Assembly: GCA_964019335.1 (NCBI GenBank)
Contig: OZ025723.1
Location: 372,001 to 436,000, forward strand
Direction: 5' to 3'
DNA length: 64,000 nt
Origin: Diplonema japonicum
Taxonomy: Eukaryota > Protista > Euglenozoa: Diplonemea
A program made the position numbers and the translations under genes. The notes under the pieces are model-generated. The model did not search any database, was not told where the DNA came from, and saw only the letters and a program-made list of their open reading frames with translations. Below are positions 20,839 through 30,695 of the stretch, in pieces (positions within the stretch are counted from its first letter, which is position 1; the number at the start of each line of letters is the position of its first letter).

Positions 20839-21723
20839 ATGGCAACGCTACGGGGACTTGAGGGTTGCAAGGCGGTGGAAGCAGCGGCAGGACAAGGCGA
20901 CTTAGAAACCGTTGCACCGTATGCCGCGATAGGGATACGAGGACAGGCGATGGACGAGGCAGCACGAGGCAACCATCTGAGTGTGGTTAAGGTCCTCCAC
21001 CACAGACAGAGAAGGGACCCCAAGGTGTTGCTGACAGCAATAAAAAGCGGATGCAGCGAAGTAGCGCTTTTCATGCTGTCGCACCTTGACGTGTACTACA
21101 GCCCGGCAGACAATGGGGACAGGTCACTGCTGTCGTACTCTTGCGTTTCATGTTCTGCTGCAGTGATACGCGCCTTACTTGCTGCTGGGGAGGATCCCAA
21201 CACTGGAGCGAAACTACCACTTGCTGTGGCCTCCAAGCACCGCAGACTGGATGTGTGCAAGGTACTCATTGAAGAAGCAGGTGCCAATGTGGAGCCAAGT
21301 GGGGTGGTGGACTGGCTGCCGCTCCACGCCGCAGCTGCAGTTGGTTCTCAAGACTTGGTCGAACTTCTTGTTGCTAGGGGTGCGAACCCAAACAAGAGAG
21401 ATCAGTACTCCACCCCCCCGTTGCTGTATGCTGTTTTCAACGGCCATGTGGAGGCTGCTAGGGCTTTGCTTGTGTCGGGTGCTGTTCCCATGTGCACGCA
21501 GCAGCTTGCGTCTCACTACGTTCCGTGTGGTGCGAACCCTCTCTTTCTCTCCGCCTCCTTTCCCGACCGTAGCTTGTTCTTTCTTTTGCTTCAGTATACC
21601 GAGCCTTCCAAGCTTCCCCCAGAGGCCTGCCACCAGCTGTCCAGCCTCAAGGACCACGAGGTGTGCAAGGCGCTCTCCTCTGCAGGTATTTCCGTGTCCT
21701 GCCATTGTTCCTTTGTTGATTGA
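20839..21723 (+). CDS. ankyrin-repeat protein (294 aa)
   Basis: PLHAAAAVGSQDLVELLVARGANPN and PLLYAVFNGHVEAARALLVSGA ankyrin consensus. Confidence 0.9.
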   Translation: MATLRGLEGCKAVEAAAGQGDLETVAPYAAIGIRGQAMDEAARGNHLSVVKVLHHRQRRDPKVLLTAIKSGCSEVALFMLSHLDVYYSPADNGDRSLLSYSCVSCSAAVIRALLAAGEDPNTGAKLPLAVASKHRRLDVCKVLIEEAGANVEPSGVVDWLPLHAAAAVGSQDLVELLVARGANPNKRDQYSTPPLLYAVFNGHVEAARALLVSGAVPMCTQQLASHYVPCGANPLFLSASFPDRSLFFLLLQYTEPSKLPPEACHQLSSLKDHEVCKALSSAGISVSCHCSFVD

Positions 21724-21838
21724 GGCTAATCTGTATTTTAAAAAAAAAGAGAAAAAAAAATAGTAACCCCGAAAAAAAGAGAAAGGAAAAAAAAAAAAAG
21801 ACACCACTTTATAACTGGTAAATTATAAATTTCGTGGC

Positions 21839-21882
21839 GGGGGGGGGGGGGGGGGGGTGGGTTTCCCCCCCCCCCCCCCCCC
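21839..21882. repeat. G19-tgggttt-C18 homopolymer inverted repeat
   Basis: Directly visible. Run lengths may be affected by sequencing error. Confidence 0.7.
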
Positions 21883-22715
21883 TTCTTTGTCCTGCTTTGG
21901 GCAGAAGACCCCCTTTTTTTTTACCCCCTGGTTCTTTCCCTGCTGGGAAATACGCCGTTTTTTCTTTTGAAACAGAAAGAAAATAAAAAAGCGGGGAGGG
22001 TAAATTCCTTTCCTTCCCTTCCCCTCCCCCTACTTTTTTCTTTTTCCGCCTCTACCCATCTACCCAACGTTTTTTTTTGTCTAGTAATCTAGATAGTACT
22101 TACCCACTCCCATTGTGTTAGATACTTTTACCCACCTTTCACCCTTGCCATTCTTTTGCAGAACATCTTTTAAAGCAGGCAATCCACCATAGTTCTACGT
22201 GACTGTGGGACTGGGAGGTGTAGCAGAAGCAAATTCACTGGTGGGTAGCTAGCACTTTCTCTCTCTCCCCCCCCCCCCCCCCCCCCCAATCAAAAAATGA
22301 GAATTAGACAAGCGTGTCTAGACAAGGAGCCTCAGCGGTCTTCTTGTTCTTTTCTCTTTTTTTTATATTCTTTTTTCTTTTTTTTCCATATGGGGGGGTT
22401 GTTCCCCTCTCCTAGAACCCACCCACATGACAAAAGGCGTTATAATAAGCGCTAGCCATTTTGGGCCATTTTCCTCTTTTTTTTTTCCTTCCCCCCCTCC
22501 CTCATTCACGCTTCTTCTCCCGTTCTCTCTAAAGAAAAAAAAAGGTGGTTTTTATTTTTTTTAATTTGGGACTTGAGGGTTCCATGCTCAAAGTTGAGCT
22601 GCGCCACCGTACCCCCGTATCTATATACATATTTTCTTTTTTGTTAACAATTCGGCGGGTTCTTTAAATAAAAAAAAAAAAAAGCCCCTTCCCCACCCCC
22701 AAAAAGAAAAAGAAC

Positions 22716-23804
22716 ATGAGGAATACCGTCATCTTCCTAGCGATAACCGCTGCCCAGATGGTGTCGGGATGGTGGTTCAGCAAGGACGAAGCGCCAAAAG
22801 AGAATCTCTTCATGTGGGATCTGAAGGAAGGGGAACGGGAGGAAGTAAATTTAGGGACAAGGAAGGTAGACGTGGTGGGCGTTAGCAGCAAGCCGAACGT
22901 CCTCCACGTCAAAGGCGTCTTCACAAACGAGGAGCTGAAGCGGTTGAAGAAGGGAACCGTCCAGAAATCCTTATTGAGGGACAAGACCGGGAAGGAGATC
23001 GACAGCACTTGGAGGGTCTCCCAGTCAACAACTTACCGCGCTCAGGTACTACCCGTCTCTGTACTCAACAAGGTATCTCTTCTATCCAAACTCCCTTTGT
23101 CTTCCGTGAACAGGTCCACCGTGCAGGTGGTGGAGTACGGGGTTGACAAACGGTCCTTCTACTACCCCCATTATGACACTTCACAGTTGGTGTCTTTGGA
23201 CAAACCTGTTGTCGATGCCGACTCTGACTACCCCAGTTCAGGAAGGTACCTGACTGTGCTTATATACCTGTCCACGGTGGAGAAGGGAGGCGAGACCATT
23301 TTTCCTTTTAAGGAGATGGAACAACTTTCCCCGCTGTTGCCACAGGCTATCTGGAATTCCCCGAGCGTTTCTGAACGGTTTTGGAAAGCGCACTGTGCCA
23401 AGAAGGACAGGGCGGGTCTTTCCGTGAAGCCAGCCAGGGGGAATGTTGTTATGTTCTATAACCACCTCCGTGCTGCGGACTCCACTGTGATGGGAGATCT
23501 TGACCTTTACTCTTATCACGGTGGGTGTCCTCCGATTACATCTTCCAAGATCGTGGCGAATTTTTGGATCCCCGTGCCGCCTTCTCAATTTGAAAAGCCT
23601 ATCCCGGCGAACTACTGGGATGACAACGTTCCGCGGGAGGTTCGTTTCACTTTACTGAAGTCTTTCGGGGACTATCTTGGCAGTTTCAAACCCATGCACG
23701 AGACTATTCTTAAGCACGGCGACGAGGCGGGGCTTTCCGAAGAAGCTGCGGAGGCCCTTCAACAGAAATTCCAAACGGATTCGATAAAGGATCAAGAACT
23801 ATAA
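22716..23804 (+). CDS. prolyl 4-hydroxylase (2OG-Fe(II) oxygenase), ER-targeted
   Basis: Signal peptide; YYPHYD (HxD); RYLTVLIYLSTVEKGGETIFP; HGGCP..K; C-terminal DQEL. Confidence 0.9.
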   Translation: MRNTVIFLAITAAQMVSGWWFSKDEAPKENLFMWDLKEGEREEVNLGTRKVDVVGVSSKPNVLHVKGVFTNEELKRLKKGTVQKSLLRDKTGKEIDSTWRVSQSTTYRAQVLPVSVLNKVSLLSKLPLSSVNRSTVQVVEYGVDKRSFYYPHYDTSQLVSLDKPVVDADSDYPSSGRYLTVLIYLSTVEKGGETIFPFKEMEQLSPLLPQAIWNSPSVSERFWKAHCAKKDRAGLSVKPARGNVVMFYNHLRAADSTVMGDLDLYSYHGGCPPITSSKIVANFWIPVPPSQFEKPIPANYWDDNVPREVRFTLLKSFGDYLGSFKPMHETILKHGDEAGLSEEAAEALQQKFQTDSIKDQEL

Positions 23805-24258
23805 ACGGGAAAAAAAAAAAAAAGAAAAAAAAGAAAAAAAAGGAACTAAATCGACTGCTGTTTACTCAGCATTTTGACTTTGCAAGAGTTAAATATGTCT
23901 TTTTCCGTGGGGGGGGGGGGGGGGGGGGGGGTCATTGAACTTCTGCAGTTCGCAGAAATAAAAACAGAAGCTTTTCCAGGGTGTGGACACGTTGGGCTAT
24001 TCGACTTGTTCTTTACACAGTGTCCAAGGGGCATGTGAAAAAATGTGTGTGGATCATGACAGCGACAACAAAGAAAGGGGGTGGCTGGCTTTTTCTTCTT
24101 TCCCTTTTTGTACCGTCGTGAAAAGTTCCTTGCGAACGCAGTATAATAAAAAAAAAAAGAAACCTGATTTATACTTTCTACAAGTTTGCACTTTTCGTAA
24201 TTCTTTTTTTTTGAGTACAGCAGCAGCAGGGAGAGGGGTGGCGGGAGAGGAAAAAAAA

Positions 24259-26365
24259 ATGAAACGAAAAGCGCCGAGCAGCAGTAGCAGCTCTAGCAGC
24301 AGTAGCTCCAGCAGCAGCGAAAGTGATAAGGGGTTCACGGCCAGGTTCAGTTCTAAGAATTACAAATATGAAGCAACATCGCACTTGAAGGTGAAGAAAA
24401 CGAAATGTATGGCACCAACTAGGGACGCGGCGATGCTAAGTGCCCCTTGTGTGCTGCTCGGGGACGAGATGCCACGAGTCACAGAGTCGAAAGAATCCCC
24501 TCTCGAAGATGAAGACATCGCGCCCTTCTTTTTTAACGTCGAAACGACGCAGCACAGCAGCACCTCGATCCTGAAGCCGCACAGCCACACTGCGACGAAG
24601 CAGTCGGACGCCCCACCAACACATTTCCTCGCCACCGGCATACCTTTCATCGAGATCATGTCCTTCCACCCCTCCCGCTTCGTGACCACCCTGTATGACA
24701 AACCGGCCTTCTTCAGGATCCTGCTCGTTGGCGGGACACGCATTCCCCGCAGCTACAAATGGTGCCGTCACGAAGAACGAGGCTCCGCCGCCTGGTCTGT
24801 CGACGAGGCTGAGGTGAACAAGGAGGGCGTCGAACGATTCTCGAGAATCCTGCAGCTTTGGAAGATCGGTGTCCCCAACGCCCCTGGGAAAGGTTCTGTG
24901 AACGACCCAGGGTATACCGAGCCACCCTTCACTATAGAGCTGACGCTGCCGTGCAATGAGGCATGGGGCGTCACAGACGCACAGTGGTACGGGAAGCAAG
25001 ACGAGGCTATTCACGCAATGCTGTCAGGACACTTCAGGCACACCATACCGTCCAAGGGCAGGCTAGGTTACATTGCTGTCACCACAACGAAGGGGCACGT
25101 CGCCATCTACGCTGTACCGGTGATGCAGAAGAAGGTGCGGCACTGCAAGCTGGAGCCGTGTGTGTGGACACAATCTCCCGGTGTGATTTACACAACCGTG
25201 GAATGGCATGTGACGAGGGGTGAGGTCCGTCTGTTTGCTGGGATGGCGAATGGCGACGTTGCGTACTTGTTGCTTGTGAAGAATGACACGAAGCTGACGC
25301 TCCACGTGTGCAAGCAGCTGAAGACCGCAGCAGCGAACCTCATTAAGCAAGTTGTAACGATGAACACGTGGACGGCGAGGGTGGACATGGGCATGGACCC
25401 CCACTCCAGCGATTCGTGCATGGACCAGCAGGACAGGATGCCACCTGTCCAGTGGAGTAAAGCAGCAGACACAACAATACCAATGACTGGCAGGCTGCCA
25501 AAGGTGGCCGGCGTTGAAATCGACGAGCTCATAGTGTCATTAGGGGTGCAGGACAAGGCGCTGTCTGTGTGGCCCACCCGGCAACTGGACATCTCGACTG
25601 GGCATTACGGTGCCATAGGTGTGCGACATAAATTCCTCCCCTCGTGCGTCCACCCCCTCCCTTGGGGCGCTCTGCTCGTGGGACTCGAGGACAGCACCAT
25701 CGTAGTCGCATCACCGCCGTGTGACATGACACTTCCCCTGTGGAACCTAAGGGTATGATCTCACATCAAACAAAAGAGCTAACAGTGTTCGACCGAAGTG
25801 CAGAACAGCGTCACAAGCATGGCACATGTCACTTGCGGCCGGAGAACAAGTGATGACACTGGGAAGACTAACATCCGTGCGTCTGGGAAGCGTCCACCAA
25901 GGACGGACGTCCTACTCGCAACGGGATCGGGATCAGGGCTTTTCTCCATACTAAGGGTCCCTAAAAGAATTCTGTCACCTGATCAGGGTGCCAGGACGTG
26001 CTCTGTGTGTAGAAAAGCTGGGTACAAAAACTCATGGACAGTATGCAAGAGGGGGAAAAAGAAAGTAGAGCAACGAGGGGGAAAAGAAGAAAAAAAAAAC
26101 AAAACAGCTTTCTTCCTGCCATTGTATTCTGAAGTCTGGCCTCACGAGTTGTGTGGTAGATGTTGCTGTCGCTTTAGTTAGTGGTGTGCAGTGGGTGCTG
26201 CCACAAAAGAAAACCGACACCCCGACGGTAAAAGTCTCAGTGATTACCGACCCCACTGCTGGTATGTTTGCATTTGCACGTAGCACACCTGAACAGCTCA
26301 AACCACCGAGCATCGCAACGCTGCCTCTACGGTTGGTAACATACTCCGCACCCACAACCACTTAG
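24259..26365 (+). CDS. WD40-type protein resembling TFIIIC subunit GTF3C2/Tfc6 (tau91), 3 exons, 668 aa
   Basis: Exons 24259-25752, 25786-26040, 26108-26365. MKRK + poly-Ser N-terminus. LQLWKI..., VTDAQW...RLGYIAVTTTKGHVAIYAVP resembles the GTF3C2 DLKxxP...RLGLLALAxxDGxVxxxxxP block. Confidence 0.6.
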
Positions 26366-26518
26366 TCGACTTCGCCCCTGGGGAAAAACGAGCGCATTTG
26401 TTGGCCATGTCGTGTCAAGGGGGACTCATCACCGTCCTTCCTGTATGACGGGTCAATTGTATATGTCGTCTCTTTTATGCCCGCCACGCCAACACCACAC
26501 TTCACTACAGTGATTAAA

Positions 26519-27706
26519 ATGAGAACCTTTTGTGTCGTCTTAGCTGCAGTTGCATGCGCGAATGCAGAGCTCATCAAGGTTCCCCTTGAGAGGGAGGTGG
26601 CCATCGTCTCCCGCTCTGGGAAGCCTCTTCAGGAGGTGATGCGCAGCGGGAAGGTGCTGGCGGGCGAAGCCTTGAAGCTTGGGCTGAAGTACGCACCCAA
26701 GACGACTGCGGTGCCCAAGGTGCCCATTACTGACTTCATGAACGCGCAGTACTTCGGGCCTGTCTCGATAGGGACGCCTGAGCAGGAGTTCAAGGTGATC
26801 TACGACACGGGGTCCTCAAACTTGTGGGTTCCGGGTGAGAACTGCACTGGCTGCGTGCACAAGAAGTACAACACCTCGATGTCTTCGACGTACGTGCACA
26901 ACGGGACGGCCTTCAGCATCCTGTACGGGTCGGGCGCTGTGCAGGGCGTCTGCGACGAGGACACCGTCACTTTCGGTGGCCTCAAGGTCAAGAACCAGAT
27001 CTTCGCTGAGACCACGAAGGAGCCCGGTCTGCCTTGGGTGGCCGGCCGCTTCGACGGCATCCTCGGCATGGGCTGGGCTGAGATCTCCGTCAACGGCATC
27101 ACGCCCGTCTTCTTCAGCATGATGCAGCAGAAGCTTGTCGACGCTGGCCAGTTCTCCTTCTACCTGTCCGCCCAGGCGTGGCCCCACAAGAAGACTTCCG
27201 AGCTGGCCCTCGGTGGTGTTGACCCCAACCACTACACCGGGTCCTTCTCCTACGTCCCCATCTCTAAGGACGGGTACTGGCAGATCCACACCGACAGCCT
27301 TGCCATCGGCAACGAGACCATCCACAGCCACTTCGACTCCGTGGTGGACTCCGGCACTTCGCTCCTTGCCTTCCCCCTTGCCACCGCTGTCAGGATCAAC
27401 AGCAAGCTGGGCTGCATTGATGCGGGCATTGAATGCGTCTTCGAGGCGTGCCCCGACTTTGCGAAGCTCCCCAACATGACTGTCACCCTTGCAGGGAAGC
27501 CCTACGTGCTCACTGGTGAGGACTACATTCTGCAGGTGCAGACACCCGGTGCGCCCACACAGTGCATCTCCGGGATCATGGGCTTCCCCGGCCAGCTTCC
27601 TGAGAACCTCGGTGCCATCCTCGGTGATGTCTTCATGAGGAAGTACTACACCACCTTTGACGCTGCCAACAACAGGGTCGGCTTCGCCCTCGCCAACCAC
27701 AACTAA
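26519..27706 (+). CDS. cathepsin D-like aspartic protease (peptidase A1)
   Basis: Signal peptide, NAQYFGPVSIGTP, YDTGSSNLWVP, FDGILGMGW, VDSGTS, ILGDVFMRKYYTTFD. Very strong C-ending codon bias. Confidence 0.95.
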   Translation: MRTFCVVLAAVACANAELIKVPLEREVAIVSRSGKPLQEVMRSGKVLAGEALKLGLKYAPKTTAVPKVPITDFMNAQYFGPVSIGTPEQEFKVIYDTGSSNLWVPGENCTGCVHKKYNTSMSSTYVHNGTAFSILYGSGAVQGVCDEDTVTFGGLKVKNQIFAETTKEPGLPWVAGRFDGILGMGWAEISVNGITPVFFSMMQQKLVDAGQFSFYLSAQAWPHKKTSELALGGVDPNHYTGSFSYVPISKDGYWQIHTDSLAIGNETIHSHFDSVVDSGTSLLAFPLATAVRINSKLGCIDAGIECVFEACPDFAKLPNMTVTLAGKPYVLTGEDYILQVQTPGAPTQCISGIMGFPGQLPENLGAILGDVFMRKYYTTFDAANNRVGFALANHN

Positions 27707-27862
27707 GCTTTCCAATTTTTTTTTTTAAAGACGCGTGTGATTGTATCGTTTTGAGCTCATTGTTGTGGCATCAACCTCGTCGGCAGCTGTGAACATGGCT
27801 AGTCTATGTTAGTAGTTTTATAATATCCTCCTTATTGTATCGCAGCACAGGACACATGAACC

Positions 27863-30580
27863 ATGTCTTGCGACTCTTCAGACGCGAACAGCGATGCAAG
27901 CTACACAAGCAAGGTGCAGGACGAGACAGCGAGGAAAGTCCTCGTCTTACTGCAAGGCAAGGATGCTGAGATACGGCGGCTTGAGGCCGACGCCACGGAG
28001 CTGAGAAATGAAATGAGAGCGGCAAAGGCGGGCAAGGAGGAACTGGCGCTAGAGCTGGATGATTTGGGGAAGAAGTTGAACCAATCACTTCTAAGCAAGC
28101 ACTCTGAGCAGAGCTTCTATGATAAGACAAAGGCTGAGCTGGAGTTTGCGATAAAGGAGTGTGATGCCGTTGGAACTGAGAAGGCTCTTGTCATTGCGCA
28201 GCTCAGGCAAGAGGCACGAAGAAGTCGTGAGCACCAATTAGAGCGAGACAATGAAGCCGCCAGGAGCCAGCAGCTGATGCTTCAGCTCGACAATATCACA
28301 TCAGAGCTCCTTTACCACAAAGAACTTGTCGCAAACCTCTCGCAACGCCTGAAGCTACATGAAGACGAAGTAGAAGACAGCAGAATTGAGCAAGCCAACA
28401 CAAAGAAGCATGAGACCGCCCTTCGCGACGAGACTCTGAAGCTTAAAACACAGTTAAAAACGGATACAGAGTCCCTCAAGGCACAGCTGGACGAGCAGAA
28501 GCAGTCATACGCCACTCTCATGTCTGAAAAAGACAAGCTGAAGAAGTCAGCCACAGAGTCATCCCGTGCTGTGGTCGAGCTCAGAACAGAACTGAAGCAG
28601 AAGTCGGAAGAAGTGTTCGAGCTGCAGCAGGAGATTGCAGACTTAGAGGTAGCGAAGAAGGAACTCGCCGACGAAACAGGAGAGAAGATCAACGAACTGA
28701 TGCAGAAAGCAAGGCATGTGGAACTCTTCAACAACGAGATGCAGAACTTCCAAATGAAGCTAGACGAGATGACGAACACGTTGAAGATGGCAGAAATGGA
28801 GAAGAACAGGCTGGGGGGTGCGGCGGATACTGCTGCAAAGGACATGGAGCGGGTGATCGAAGAGAAAGGCGGTCTTGAGAAGGAGTTGGAAGCTGTGCAT
28901 GAAGAAAGAAAAGGGCTTTTGGCAGCACACGACGTGCTGCAGGAAGAATGCACAGAAGCTAAAGCGCAGCTAAAGATACAGACCTCTGCACTGGCGGAGG
29001 TGAACTCTACACTCACCGTGCTGCGCACGGAGCAAGAGCACCTCATGAGCGAGGCAATGAAAGTCAGCATGCTGGAAGAACAGCTGCACGAGCTGGAGAG
29101 ACACATGGACATCGAGAAACGAAATTGTGAAATGCATGAAACTACCGCAGCCATGCACCAGGGCAGCCTGATGGACGTGCACCAACAGTTCTCTGAGTTC
29201 CAAGTGAACAGCAGCAAGCAGGTTAACGAACTAGAAGCTAAGCTGACTGAAATGGAGTGCAGCCTAAAAGTGAAAACGGACCAGGTCGAGGTATTGAAAG
29301 AGAAACTAGAGGCAGCCGAAGACCGATCCCGAGAGCTTGAAGAGAGTGCCATCACAGCAGAGCAACGACACCACGAGCTCCATCTCGAGCTGTCAGAGGC
29401 ACGGAGCAACTTCTTAAAAGTTCAAAAAACAGTCAAAAAACTGAAATCGGAAAAAGAGAGAGAGCTTGAAAGCAAGCAGCAGCTTCAACAAGAGTATAAA
29501 GGACTGTCGACTAGAGGTGTGAGCGAGATGAAAAAGCAGCAGGAGGTCATCTCGTTGCTGACGGCGGGCAGGGATGAAGTGCTGCAGCAGTTGCATGACT
29601 ATGAGCAGAAGTTTGCTCTTGTGCAGCTAAAGATACCCCAGCTAGAGGACAAGGCTCGGCGGATGAAGAAAGAACACGCTGCTGAGACTGCAAAGCTTGA
29701 GCAGCTCTTAAAAGGGCTTCGCAAGGAGCTAGACGACACGCAGCAACGGCGGGGGCAGATTCTTGAAGAGCTGACAGGCACTAAGACAGTAGTGCAGCAG
29801 CTCCAGACAGAGATATCAGAGAACAACGAGGCAAAGGTGCTGTCGGCGAAGACTGTTGCGACACTTAAACGGCAGCTTCTGCACAGTGAGGCGAAGAGGA
29901 AGTCGCTTGAAGTGAAGCTAGAGACCCAAGGGAAGCAAGAGAAGGAAAGGATGAAACAGATCGACGCAACTGTAAGGCAGGGCCGCGACGACGAGCGACG
30001 AAGGCATGAAATGACAGTGGAACTGCGGAAGGAGAAGGCACACCTGACAGAAAGGGTGAATGAGCTAACCAGCGACCTCATAAAAGTAGAGGAGAAAAAC
30101 AAGGTGCTACAAAGCGCGTCAGCAAGGAACATGCGAACGATCTCAGAGCTGAGGGAGAAGGCGGTTATACCAAAGGATGGTGGCTCGAAGAAGGCGATGG
30201 AATGGCAGGACTTTATCCTCGCACAGCTCCACACATTGCTGCGGTTCCTTCTGACGTCAAACTTAGAAGTAATCAGCAAGGTGAAGGAGCTCCGGTCCTC
30301 CAAAGAGTGTCTTTCCCTTCTTGCCCCGCTCAGCATCTTCGATGACATGGACTCGCGCACTCTGTGTGACGACAGCCTCCTCTCCTTCGACCACTATTCC
30401 AACATCATGCGCACTGCAACGGGGTACTCACAAGGGTCGATTTCCGTCCCCCCTAAGCTGAAGGTGTCCGGTGGCCTCCGTGATAGCAAACGCCCACCCG
30501 ACTTGTCCAGCATCTTCATCTCCCTCGTCACAAAGCGCATTAAGCTAGAGGCCAGGCTGGCGGACATCACCGCAATTTGA
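27863..30580 (+). CDS. long coiled-coil protein (905 aa)
   Basis: Uninterrupted E/K/L/Q-rich heptad ORF. Confidence 0.85.
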   Translation: MSCDSSDANSDASYTSKVQDETARKVLVLLQGKDAEIRRLEADATELRNEMRAAKAGKEELALELDDLGKKLNQSLLSKHSEQSFYDKTKAELEFAIKECDAVGTEKALVIAQLRQEARRSREHQLERDNEAARSQQLMLQLDNITSELLYHKELVANLSQRLKLHEDEVEDSRIEQANTKKHETALRDETLKLKTQLKTDTESLKAQLDEQKQSYATLMSEKDKLKKSATESSRAVVELRTELKQKSEEVFELQQEIADLEVAKKELADETGEKINELMQKARHVELFNNEMQNFQMKLDEMTNTLKMAEMEKNRLGGAADTAAKDMERVIEEKGGLEKELEAVHEERKGLLAAHDVLQEECTEAKAQLKIQTSALAEVNSTLTVLRTEQEHLMSEAMKVSMLEEQLHELERHMDIEKRNCEMHETTAAMHQGSLMDVHQQFSEFQVNSSKQVNELEAKLTEMECSLKVKTDQVEVLKEKLEAAEDRSRELEESAITAEQRHHELHLELSEARSNFLKVQKTVKKLKSEKERELESKQQLQQEYKGLSTRGVSEMKKQQEVISLLTAGRDEVLQQLHDYEQKFALVQLKIPQLEDKARRMKKEHAAETAKLEQLLKGLRKELDDTQQRRGQILEELTGTKTVVQQLQTEISENNEAKVLSAKTVATLKRQLLHSEAKRKSLEVKLETQGKQEKERMKQIDATVRQGRDDERRRHEMTVELRKEKAHLTERVNELTSDLIKVEEKNKVLQSASARNMRTISELREKAVIPKDGGSKKAMEWQDFILAQLHTLLRFLLTSNLEVISKVKELRSSKECLSLLAPLSIFDDMDSRTLCDDSLLSFDHYSNIMRTATGYSQGSISVPPKLKVSGGLRDSKRPPDLSSIFISLVTKRIKLEARLADITAI

Positions 30581-30695
30581 GTTTTTTTTAGAGTCTATTA
30601 GTTAGAGAAAAAAAAGAGTTGGTAAGTTCTTTTTAGATTCATTCCTTTTAATACGTACTTCCTCAACACAAAGCATTACAGGGTGGCGTACTAGT

